A stretch of DNA of 64,000 nucleotides, from NCBI GenBank assembly GCA_964016885.1, contig OZ024741.1, positions 254,262,001 to 254,326,000 on the forward strand, in the 5' to 3' direction. Source of the DNA: Eledone cirrhosa (taxonomy: Eukaryota). Positions within the stretch are counted from its first letter, which is position 1. Every line of letters starts with the position of its first letter. The position numbers were made by a program, and so were the translations under genes. Under the pieces are notes generated by a model. It did not search any database and was not told the origin of the DNA. It saw nothing but the letters and a program-made list of their open reading frames with translations. Below are positions 45,446 through 60,400 of this stretch, piece by piece.

Positions 45446-48400
45446 AACAGCAACAACTACAACAACACTGGCACTGACAGAGAAAACAGCACCAACCACA
45501 CTGGCACTGACACAGAAAACAGCAACAACTACAACAACACTGGCACTGACAGAGAAAACAGCAACAACTACAACAACACTGGCACTGACAGAGAAAACAG
45601 CAACAACTACAACAACACTGGCACTGACACAGAAAACAGCAACAACTACAACAACACTGGCACTGACACAGAAAACAGCAACAACTACAACAACACTGGC
45701 ACTGACAGAGAAAACAACAACAACAACACTGGCACTGACACAGAAAACAGCAACAACTACAACAACACTGGCACTGACAGAGAAAACAGCAACAACTACA
45801 ACAACACTGGCACTGACAGAGAAAGCAGCAACAACTACAACAACACTGGCACTGACACAGAAAACAGCAACAACTACAACAACACTGGTACTGACACAGA
45901 AAACAGCAACAACTACAACAACACTGGCAGTGACAGAGAAAACAGCAACAACTACAACAACACTGGCACTGACAGAGAAAACAGCAACAACTACAACAAC
46001 ACTGGCACTGACACAGAAAACAGCAACAACTACAACAACACTGGCACTGACAGAGAAAACAGCAACAACTACAACAACACTGGCACTGACACAGAAAACA
46101 GCAACAACAACAACACTGGCACTGACAGAGAAAACAGCAACAACAACACTGGCACTGACAGAGAAAACAGCAACAAGAACAACACTGGCACTGACACAGA
46201 AAACAGCAACAACAACAGTGGCACTGACACAGAAAACAGCAACAACTACAACAACACTGGCACTGACAGAGAAAACAGCAACAACAACAACACTGGCACT
46301 GACACAGAAAACAGAAACAACTACAACAACACTGGCACTGACTGAGAAAACAGCAACAGCAACAACACTGGCACTGACACAGAAAACAGCAACAACTACA
46401 ACAACACTGGCACTAACACAGAAAACAGCAACAACTACAACAACACTGGCACTGACAGAGAAAACAGCAACAACTACAACAACACTGGCACTGACAGAGA
46501 AAACAGCAACAACTACAACAACACTGGCACTGACACAGAAAACAGCAACAACTACAACAACACTGGCACTGACACAGAAAACAGCAACAACTACAACCAC
46601 ACTGGCACTGACAGAGAAAGCAGCAACAACAACACTGGCACTGACACAGAAAACAGCAACAACTACAACAACACTGGCACTGACCGAGAAAACAGCAACA
46701 ACTACAACAACACTGGCACTGACAGAGAAAGCAGCAACAACTACAACAACACTGGCACTGACACAGAAAACAGCAACAACTACAACAACACTGGCACTGA
46801 CACAGAAAACAGCAACAACTACAACAACACTGGCACTGACAGAGAAAACAGCAACAACAACAACACTGGCACTGACACAGAAAACAGCAACAACTACAAC
46901 AACACTGGCACTGACAGAGAAAACAGCAACAACAACACTGGCACTGACACAGAAAACAGCAACAACTACAACAACACTGGCACTGACAGAGAAAACAGCA
47001 ACAACTACAACAACACTGGCACTGACAGAGAAAGCAGCAACAACTACAACAACACTGGCACTGACACAGAAAACAGCAACAACTACAACAACACTGGTAC
47101 TGACACAGAAAACAGCAACAACTACAACAACACTGGCACTGACAGAGAAAACAGCAACAACTACAACAACACTGGCACTGACAGAGAAAACAGCAACAAC
47201 TACAACAACACTGGCACTGACACAGAAAACAGCAACAACTACAACAACACTGGCACTGACAGAGAAAACAGCAACAACTACAACAACACTGGCACTGACA
47301 CAGAAAACAGCAACAACAACAACACTGGCACTGACAGAGAAAACAGCAACAGCAACAACACTGGCACTGACACAGAAAACAGCAACAACAGCAACAACAA
47401 CACTGGCACTGACACAGAAAACAGCAACAACAACACTGGCACTGACACAGAAAACAGCAACAACAACAACACTGGCACTGACAGAGAAAACAGCAACAAC
47501 AACACTGGCACTGACAGAGAAAACAGCAACAAGAACAACACTGGCACTGACACAGAAAACAGCAACAACAACAGTGGCACTGACACAGAAAACAGCAACA
47601 ACTACAACAACACTGGCACTGACAGAGAAAACAGCAACAACAACAACACTGGCACTGACACAGAAAACAGAAACAACTACAACAACACTGGCACTGACTG
47701 AGAAAGCAGCAACAACTACAACAACACTGGCACTGACAGAGAAAACAGCAACAGCAACAACACTGGCACTGACACAGAAAACAGCAACAACTACAACAAC
47801 ACTGGCACTAACACAGAAAACAGCAACAACTACAACAACACTGGCACTGACAGAGAAAACAGCAACAACTACAACAACACTGGCACTGACAGAGAAAACA
47901 GCAACAACTACAACAACACTGGCACTGACACAGAAAACAGCAACAACTACAACAACACTGGCACTGACACAGAAAACAGCAACAACTACAACCACACTGG
48001 CACTGACAGAGAAAGCAGCAACAACAACACTGGCACTGACACAGAAAACAGCAACAACTACAACAACACTGGCACTGACCGAGAAAACAGCAACAACTAC
48101 AACAACACTGGCACTGACAGAGAAAGCAGCAACAACTACAACAACACTGGCACTGACACAGAAAACAGCAACAACTACAACAACACTGGCACTGACACAG
48201 AAAACAGCAACAACTACAACAACACTGGCACTGACAGAGAAAACAGCAACAACAACAACACTGGCACTGACACAGAAAACAGCAACAACTACAACAACAC
48301 TGGCACTGACAGAGAAAACAGCAACAACAACACTGGCACTGACACAGAAAACAGCAACAACTACAACAACACTGGCACTGACAGAGAAAACAGCAACAAC

Positions 48401-51400
48401 TACAACAACACTGGCACTGACAGAGAAAGCAGCAACAACTACAACAACACTGGCACTGACACAGAAAACAGCAACAACTACAACAACACTGGTACTGACA
48501 CAGAAAACAGCAACAACTACAACAACACTGGCACTGACAGAGAAAACAGCAACAACTACAACAACACTGGCACTGACAGAGAAAACAGCAACAACTACAA
48601 CAACACTGGCACTGACACAGAAAACAGCAACAACTACAACAACACTGGCACTGACAGAGAAAACAGCAACAACTACAACAACACTGGCACTGACACAGAA
48701 AACAGCAACAACAACAACACTGGCACTGACAGAGAAAACAGCAACAGCAACAACACTGGCACTGACACAGAAAACAGCAACAACAGCAACAACAACACTG
48801 GCACTGACACAGAAAACAGCAACAACAACACTGGCACTGACACAGAAAACAGCAACAACAACAACACTGGCACTGACAGAGAAAACAGAAACAACAACAC
48901 TGGCACTGACAGAGAAAACAGCAACAAGAACAACACTGGCACTGACACAGAAAACAGCAACAACAACAGTGGCACTGACACAGAAAACAGCAACAACTAC
49001 AACAACACTGGCACTGACAGAGAAAACAGCAACAACAACAACACTGGCACTGACACAGAAAACAGAAACAACTACAACAACACTGGCACTGACTGAGAAA
49101 GCAGCAACAACTACAACAACACTGGCACTGACAGAGAAAACAGCAACAGCAACAACACTGGCACTGACACAGAAAACAGCAACAACTACAACAACACTGG
49201 CACTAACACAGAAAACAGCAACAACTACAACAACACTGGCACTGACAGAGAAAACAGCAACAACTACAACAACACTGGCACTGACAGAGAAAACAGCAAC
49301 AACTACAACAACACTGGCACTGACACAGAAAACAGCAACAACTACAACAACACTGGCACTGACACAGAAAACAGCAACAACTACAACCACACTGGCACTG
49401 ACAGAGAAAGCAGCAACAACAACACTGGCACTGACACAGAAAACAGCAACAACTACAACAACACTGGCACTGACCGAGAAAACAGCAACAACTACAACAA
49501 CACTGGCACTGACAGAGAAAGCAGCAACAACTACAACAACACTGGCACTGACACAGAAAACAGCAACAACTACAACAACACTGGCACTGACACAGAAAAC
49601 AGCAACAACTACAACAACACTGGCACTGACAGAGAAAACAGCAACAACAACAACACTGGCACTGACACAGAAAACAGCAACAACTACAACAACACTGGCA
49701 CTGACAGAGAAAACAGCAACAACAACACTGGCACTGACACAGAAAACAGCAACAACTACAACAACACTGGCACTGACAGAGAAAACAGCAACAACTACAA
49801 CAACACTGGCACTGACAGAGAAAGCAGCAACAACTACAACAACACTGGCACTGACACAGAAAACAGCAACAACTACAACAACACTGGTACTGACACAGAA
49901 AACAGCAACAACTACAACAACACTGGCACTGACAGAGAAAACAGCAACAACTACAACAACACTGGCACTGACAGAGAAAACAGCAACAACTACAACAACA
50001 CTGGCACTGACACAGAAAACAGCAACAACTACAACAACACTGGCACTGACAGAGAAAACAGCAACAACTACAACAACACTGGCACTGACACAGAAAACAG
50101 CAACAACAACAACACTGGCACTGACAGAGAAAACAGCAACAGCAACAACACTGGCACTGACACAGAAAACAGCAACAACAGCAACAACAACACTGGCACT
50201 GACACAGAAAACAGCAACAACAACACTGGCACTGACACAGAAAACAGCAACAACAACAACACTGGCACTGACAGAGAAAACAGCAACAACAACACTGGCA
50301 CTGACAGAGAAAACAGCAACAACAACAACACTGGCACTGACACAGAAAACAGCAACAACAACAGTGGCACTGACACAGAAAACAGCAACAACTACAACAA
50401 CACTGGCACTGACAGAGAAAACAGCAACAACAACAACACTGGCACTGACACAGAAAACAGAAACAACTACAACAACACTGGCACTGACTGAGAAAGCAGC
50501 AACAACTACAACAACACTGGCACTGACAGAGAAAACAGCAACAGCAACAACACTGGCACTGACACAGAAAACAGCAACAACTACAACAACACTGGCACTA
50601 ACACAGAAAACAGCAACAACTACAACAACACTGGCACTGACAGAGAAAACAGCAACAACTACAACAACACTGGCACTGACAGAGAAAACAGCAACAACTA
50701 CAACAACACTGGCACTGACACAGAAAACAGCAACAACTACAACAACACTGGCACTGACACAGAAAACAGCAACAACTACAACCACACTGGCACTGACAGA
50801 GAAAGCAGCAACAACAACACTGGCACTGACACAGAAAACAGCAACAACTACAACAACACTGGCACTGACCGAGAAAACAGCAACAACTACAACAACACTG
50901 GCACTGACAGAGAAAGCAGCAACAACTACAACAACACTGGCACTGACACAGAAAACAGCAACAACTACAACAACACTGGCACTGACACAGAAAACAGCAA
51001 CAACTACAACAACACTGGCACTGACAGAGAAAACAGCAACAACAACAACACTGGCACTGACACAGAAAACAGCAACAACTACAACAACACTGGCACTGAC
51101 AGAGAAAACAGCAACAACTACAACAACATTGGCACTGACAGAGAAAACAGCAACAACTACAACAACACTGGCACTGACACAGAAAACAGCAACAACTACA
51201 ACAACACTGGCACTGACACAGAAAACAGCAACAACTACAACAACACTGGCACTGACAGAGAAAACAGCAACAACAACACTGGCACTGACACAGAAAACAG
51301 CAACAACTACAACAACACTGGCACTGACAGAGAAAACAGCAACAACTACAACAACACTGGCACTGACAGAGAAAGCAGCAACAACTACAACAACACTGGC

Positions 51401-54400
51401 ACTGACACAGAAAACAGCAACAACTACAACAACACTGGCACTGACAGAGAAAACAGCAACAACAACAACACTGGCACTGACAGAGAAAACAGCAACAACA
51501 ACAACACCGGCACTGACACAGAAAACAGCAACAACTACAACAGCACTGGCACGGAAAACAGCAACAACAGCAACAACAACACTGGCACTGACACAGAAAA
51601 CAGCAACAACAACAACACTGGCACTGACAGAGAAAACAGCAACAGCAACAACACTGGCACTGACACAGAAAACAGCAACAACAGCAACAACAACACTGGC
51701 ACTGACACAGAAAACAGCAACAACAGCAACAACAACACTGGCACTGACACAGAAAACAGCAACAACAACAACACTGGCACTGACAGAGAAAACAGCAACA
51801 ACAACACTGGCACTGACAGAGAAAACAGCAACAACAACAACACTGGCACTGACACAGAAAACAGCAACAACAACAGTGGCACTGACACAGAAAACAGCAA
51901 CAACTACAACAACACTGGCACTGACAGAGAAAACAGCAACAACAACAACACTGGCACTGACACAGAAAACAGAAACAACTACAACAACACTGGCACTGAC
52001 TGAGAAAGCAGCAACAACTACAACAACACTGGCACTGACAGAGAAAACAGCAACAGCAAAAACACTGGCACTGACACAGAAAACAGCAACAACTACAACA
52101 ACACTGGCACTAACACAGAAAACAGCAACAACTACAACAACACTGGCACTGACAGAGAAAACAGCAACAACTACAACAACACTGGCACTGACAGAGAAAA
52201 CAGCAACAACTACAACAACACTGGCACTGACACAGAAAACAGCAACAACTACAACAACACTGGCACTGACACAGAAAACAGCAACAACTACAACCACACT
52301 GGCACTGACAGAGAAAGCAGCAACAACAACACTGGCACTGACACAGAAAACAGCAACAACTACAACAACACTGGCACTGACCGAGAAAACAGCAACAACT
52401 ACAACAACACTGGCACTGACAGAGAAAGCAGCAACAACTACAACAACACTGGCACTGACACAGAAAACAGCAACAACTACAACAACACTGGCACTGACAC
52501 AGAAAGCAGCAACAACTACAACAACACTGGCACTGACAGAGAAAACAGCAACAACAACAACACTGGCACTGACACAGAAAACAGCAACAACTACAACAAC
52601 ACTGGCACTGACAGAGAAAACAGCAACAACTACAACAACATTGGCACTGACAGAGAAAACAGCAACAACTACAACAACACTGGCACTGACACAGAAAACA
52701 GCAACAACTACAACAACACTGGCACTGACACAGAAAACAGCAACAACTACAACAACACTGGCACTGACAGAGAAAACAGCAACAACAACACTGGCACTGA
52801 CACAGAAAACAGCAACAACTACAACAACACTGGCACTGACAGAGAAAACAGCAACAACTACAACAACACTGGCACTGACAGAGAAAGCAGCAACAACTAC
52901 AACAACACTGGCACTGACACAGAAAACAGCAACAACTACAACAACACTGGCACTGACAGAGAAAACAGCAACAACAACAACACTGGCACTGACAGAGAAA
53001 ACAGCAACAACAACAACACCGGCACTGACACAGAAAACAGCAACAACTACAACAGCACTGGCACGGAAAACAGCAACAACAGCAACAACAACACTGGCAC
53101 TGACACAGAAAACAGCAACAACAACAACACTGGCACTGACAGAGAAAACAGCAACAGCAACAACACTGGCACTGACACAGAAAACAGCAACAACAGCAAC
53201 AACAACACTGGCACTGACACAGAAAACAGCAACAACAGCAACAACAACACTGGCACTGACACAGAAAACAGCAACAACAACAACACTGGCACTGACAGAG
53301 AAAACAGCAACAACAACACTGGCACTGACAGAGAAAACAGCAACAACAACAACACTGGCACTGACACAGAAAACAGCAACAACAACAGTGGCACTGACAC
53401 TGAAAACAGCAACAACTACAACAACACTGGCACTGACAGAGAAAACAGCAACAACAACAAAACTGGCACTGACACAGAAAACAGAAACAACTACAACAAC
53501 ACTGGCACTGACTGAGAAAGCAGCAACAACTACAACAACACTGGCACTGACAGAGAAAACAGCAACAGCAACAACACTGGCACTGACACAGAAAACAGCA
53601 ACAACTACAACAACACTGGCACTAACACAGAAAACAGCAACAACTACAACAACACTGGCACTGACAGAGAAAACAGCAACAACTACAACAACACTGGCAC
53701 TGACAGAGAAAGTAGCAACAACTACAACAACACTGGCACTGACACAGAAAACAGCAACAACTACAACAACACTGGCACTGACACAGAAAACAGCAACAAC
53801 TATAACAACACTGGCACTGACAGAGAAAACAGCAACAACAACAACACTGGCACTGACAGAGAAAACAGCAACAACAACAACACCGGCACTGACACAGAAA
53901 ACAGCAACAACTACAACAGCACTGTCACGGAAAACAGCAACAACAGCAACAACAACACTGGCACTGACAGAGAAAACAGCAACAACAACAACACTGGCAC
54001 TGACAGAGAAAACAGCAACATCAACAACACTGGCACTGACACAGAAAACAGCAACAACAGCAACAACAACACTGGCACTGACACAGAAAACAGCAACAAC
54101 AGCAACAACAACACTGGCACTGACACAGAAAACAGCAACAACAACAACACTGGCACTGACACAGAAAACAGCAACAACAACAGTGGCACTGACACAGAAA
54201 ACAGCAACAACTACAACAACACTGGCACTGACAGAGAAAACAGCAACAACATCAACACTGGCACTGACACAGAAAACAGAAACCACTACAACAACACTGG
54301 CACTGACTGAGAAAGCAGCAACAACTACAACAACACTGGCACTGACAGAGAAAACAGCAACAGCAACAACACTGGCACTGACACAGATAACAGCAACAAC

Positions 54401-57400
54401 TACAACAACACTGGCACTAACACAGAAAACAGCAACAACTACAACATCACTGGCACTGACAGAGAAAACAGCAACAGCAACAACACTGGCACTGACAGTG
54501 AAAATAGCAACAACAACAACACTGGCACTGACACAGAAAACAGCAACAACTACAACAACACTGGCACTGACAGAGAAAACAGCAACAACTACAACAACAC
54601 TGGCACTGACAGAGAAAACAGCAACAACAACACTGGCACTGACACAGAAAACAGCAACAACAACAACAACACTGGCACTGACAGAGAAAACAGCAACAAC
54701 TACAACAACACTGGCACTGACAGAGAAAACAGCAACAACTACAACAACACTGGCACTGACAGAGAAAGCAGCAACAACTACAACAACACTGGCACTGACA
54801 CAGAAAACAGCAACAACTACAACAACACTGGCACTGACACAGAAAACAGCAACAACTACAACAACACTGGCACTGACAGAGAAAACAGCAACAACAACAA
54901 CACTGGCACTGACAGAGAAAACAGCAACAACAACAACACCGGCACTGACACAGAAAACAGCAACAACTACAACAGCACTGTCACGGAAAACAGCAACAAC
55001 AGCAACAACAACACTGGCACTGACAGAGAAAACAGCAACAACAACAACACTGGCACTGACAGAGAAAACAGCAACAGCAACAACACTGGCACTGACACAG
55101 AAAACAGCAACAACAGCAACAACAACACTGGCACTGACACAGAAAACAGCAACAACAGCAACAACAACACTGGCACTGACACAGAAAACAGCAACAACAA
55201 CAACACTGGCACTGACACAGAAAACAGCAACAACAACAGTGGCACTGACACAGAAAACAGCAACAACTACAACAACACTGGCACTGACAGAGAAAACAGC
55301 AACAACATCAACACTGGCACTGACACAGAAAACAGAAACCACTACAACAACACTGGCACTGACTGAGAAAGCAGCAACAACTACAACAACACTGGCACTG
55401 ACAGAGAAAACAGCAACAGCAACAACACTGGCACTGACAGTGAAAATAGCAACAACAACAACACTGGCACTGACACAGAAAACAGCAACAACTACAACAA
55501 CACTGGCACTGACAGAGAAAACAGCAACAACTACAACAACACTGGCACTGACAGAGAAAACAGCAACAACAACACTGGCACTGACACAGAAAACAGCAAC
55601 AACAACAACAACACTGGCACTGACAGAGAAAACAGCAACAACTACAACAACACTGGCACTGACAGAGAAAACAGCAACAACTACAACAACACTGGCACTG
55701 ACAGAGAAAGCAGCAACAACTACAACAACACTGGCACTGACACAGAAAACAGCAACAACTACAACAACACTGGCACTGACACAGAAAACAGCAACAACTA
55801 CAACAACACTGGCACTGACAGAGAAAACAGCAACAACAACAACACTGGCACTGACAGAGAAAACAGCAACAACAACAACACCGGCACTGACACAGAAAAC
55901 AGCAACAACTACAACAGCACTGGCACGGAAAACAGCAACAACAGCAACAACAACAATGGCACTGACACAGAAAACAGCAACAACAGCAACAACAACACTG
56001 GCACTGACACAGAAAACAGCAACAACAGCAACAACAACACTGGCACTGACACAGAAAACAGCAACAACAGCAACAACCGTGGCACTGACAGAGAAAACAG
56101 CAACAACAACAACAATAACACTGGCACAGAAAACAGCAACACTGGAACTGAAACAGAAAACAGCAACAGTAACAACAACAACACTGGCACTGACACAGAA
56201 AACAGCAACAACAACAACACTGGCACTGACACAGAAAACAGCAACAACAACAACACTGGCACTGACAGTGAAAATAGCAACAGCAACAACACTGGCACTG
56301 ACAGAGAAAACAGCAACAACAACAACACTGGCACTGACAGAGAAAGAAGCAACAACAACAACGCTGGCACTCACAGAAAAAACAGCAACAACTACAACAA
56401 CACTGGCACTGACACAGAAAACAGCAACAACTACAACAACACTGGCACTGACAGAGAAAACAGCAACAACTACAACAACACTGGCACTGACAGAGAAAAC
56501 AGCAACAACAGCAACAACACTGGCACTGACACAGAAAACAGCAACAACTACAACAACACTGGCACTGGCAGAGAAAACAGCAACAACTACAACAACACTG
56601 GCACTGACAGAGAAAACAGTAACAACTACAACAACACTCGCACTGACACAGAAAACAGAAACAACTACAACAACACTGGCACTGACTGAGAAAGCAGCAA
56701 CAACTACAACAACACTGGCACTGACAGAGAAAACAGCAACAGCAACAACACTGGCACTGACACAGAAAACAGCAACAACTACAACAACACTGGCACTAAC
56801 ACAGAAAACAGCAACAACTACAACAACACTGGCACTGACAGAGAAAACAGCAACAACTACAACAACACTGGCACTGACAGAGAAAGTAGCAACAACTACA
56901 ACAACACTGGCACTGACACAGAAAACAGCAACAACTACAACAACACTGGCACTGACACAGAAAACAGCAACAACTATAACAACACTGGCACTGACAGAGA
57001 AAACAGCAACAACAACAACACTGGCACTGACAGAGAAAACAGCAACAACAACAACACCGGCACTGACACAGAAAACAGCAACAACTACAACAGCACTGTC
57101 ACGGAAAACAGCAACAACAGCAACAACAACACTGGCACTGACAGAGAAAACAGCAACAACAACAACACTGGCACTGACAGAGAAAACAGCAACAGCAACA
57201 ACACTGGCACTGACACAGAAAACAGCAACAACAGCAACAACAACACTGGCACTGACACAGAAAACAGCAACAACAGCAACAACAACACTGGCACTGACAC
57301 AGAAAACAGCAACAACAACAACACTAGCACTGACACAGAAAACAGCAACAACAACAGTGGCACTGACACAGAAAACAACAACAACTACAACAACACTGGC

Positions 57401-60400
57401 ACTGACAGAGAAAACAGCAACAACAACAACACTGGCACTGACACAGAAAACAGAAACCACTACAACAACACTGGCACTGACTGAGAAAGCAGCAACAACT
57501 ACAACAACACTGGCACTGACAGAGAAAACAGCAACAGCAACAACACTGGCACTGACACAGATAACAGCAACAACTACAACAACACTGGCACTAACACAGA
57601 AAACAGCAACAACTACAACATCACTGGCACTGACAGAGAAAACAGCAACAGCAACAACACTGGCACTGACAGTGAAAATAGCAACAACAACAACACTGGC
57701 ACTGACACAGAAAACAGCAACAACAACAACACTGGCACTGACAGAGAAAACAGCAACAACTACAACAACACTGGCACTGACACAGAAAACAGCAACAACT
57801 ACAACAACACTGGCACTGACAGTGAAAACAGCAACAACTACAACAACACTGGCACTGACAGAGAAAACAGCAACAACAACAACACTGGCACTGACACAGA
57901 AAACAGCAACAACTACAACAACACTGGCACTGACAGAGAAAACAGCAACAACTACAACAACACTGGCACTGACAGAGAAAACAGCAACAACAACACTGGC
58001 ACTGACACAGAAAACAGCAACAACAACAACAACACTGGCACTGACAGAGAAAACAGCAACAACTACAACAACACTGGCACTGACAGAGAAAACAGCAACA
58101 ACTACAACAACACTGGCACTGACAGAGAAAGCAGCAACAACTACAACAACACTGGCACTGACACAGAAAACAGCAACAACTACAACAACACTGGCACTGA
58201 CACAGAAAACAGCAACAACTACAACAACACTGGCACTGACAGAGAAAACAGCAACAACAACAACACTGGCACTGACAGAGAAAACAGCAACAACAACAAC
58301 ACCGGCACTGACACAGAAAACAGCAACAACTACAACAGCACTGGCACGGAAAACAGCAACAACAGCAACAACAACATTGGCACTGACACAGAAAACAGCA
58401 ACAACTACAACAACACTGGCACTGACACAGAAAACAGCAACAACTACAACAACACTGGCACTGACAGAGAAAACAGCAACAACTACAACAACACTCGCAC
58501 TGACACAGAAAACAGAAACAACTACAACAACACTGGCACTGACTGAGAAAGCAGCAACAACTACAACAACACTGGCACTGACAGAGAAAACAGCAACAGC
58601 AACAACACTGGCACTGACACAGAAAACAGCAACAACTACAACAACACTGGCACTAACACAGAAAACAGCAACAACTACAACAACACTGGCACTGACAGAG
58701 AAAACAGCAACAACTACAACAACACTGGCACTGACAGAGAAAGTAGCAACAACTACAACAACACTGGCACTGACACAGAAAACAGCAACAACTACAACAA
58801 CACTGGCACTGACACAGAAAACAGCAACAACTATAACAACACTGGCACTGACAGAGAAAACAGCAACAACAACAACACTGGCACTGACAGAGAAAACAGC
58901 AACAACAACAACACCGGCACTGACACAGAAAACAGCAACAACTACAACAGCACTGTCACGGAAAACAGCAACAACAGCAACAACAACACTGGCACTGACA
59001 CAGAAAACAGCAACAACAACAACACTGGCACTGACACAGAAAACAGCAACAACAACAGTGGCACTGACACAGAAAACAGCAACAACTACAACAACACTGG
59101 CACTGACAGAGAAAACAGCAACAACAACAACACTGGCACTGACACAGAAAACAGAAACCACTACAACAACACTGGCACTGACTGAGAAAGCAGCAACAAC
59201 TACAACAACACTGGCACTGACAGAGAAAACAGCAACAGCAACAACACTGGCACTGACACAGATAACAGCAACAACTACAACAACACTGGCACTAACACAG
59301 AAAACAGCAACAACTACAACATCACTGGCACTGACAGAGAAAACAGCAACAGCAACAACACTGGCACTGACAGTGAAAATAGCAACAACAACAACACTGG
59401 CACTGACACAGAAAACAGCAACAACAACAACACTGGCACTGACAGAGAAAACAGCAACAACTACAACAACACTGGCACTGACACAGAAAACAGCAACAAC
59501 TACAACAACACTGGCACTGACAGTGAAAACAGCAACAACTACAACAACACTGGCACTGACAGAGAAAACAGCAACAACAACAACACTGGCACTGACACAG
59601 AAAACAGCAACAACTACAACAACACTGGCACTGACAGAGAAAACAGCAACAACTACAACAACACTGGCACTGACAGAGAAAACAGCAACAACAACACTGG
59701 CACTGACACAGAAAACAGCAACAACAACAACAACACTGGCACTGACAGAGAAAACAGCAACAACTACAACAACACTGGCACTGACAGAGAAAACAGCAAC
59801 AACTACAACAACACTGGCACTGACAGAGAAAGCAGCAACAACTACAACAACACTAGCACTGACACAGAAAACAGCAACAACTACAACAACACTGGCACTG
59901 ACACAGAAAACAGCAACAACTACAACAACACTGGCACTGACAGAGAAAACAGCAACAACAACAACACTGGCACTGACAGAGAAAACAGCAACAACAACAA
60001 CACCGGCACTGACACAGAAAACAGCAACAACTACAACAGCACTGGCACGGAAAACAGCAACAACAGCAACAACAACACTGGCACTGACACAGAAAACAGC
60101 AACAACAGCAACAACAACACTGGCACTGACACAGAAAACAGCAACAACAGCAACAACAACACTGGCACTGACACAGAAAACAGCAACAACAGCAACAACC
60201 GTGGCACTGACAGAGAAAACAGCAACAACAGCAACAATAACACTGGCACAGAAAACAGCAACACTGGAACTGAAACAGAAAACAGCAACAGTAACAACAA
60301 CAACACTGGCACTGACACAGAAAACAGCAACAACAACAACACTGGCACTGACACAGAAAACAGCAACAACAACAACACTGGCACTGACAGTGAAAATAGC

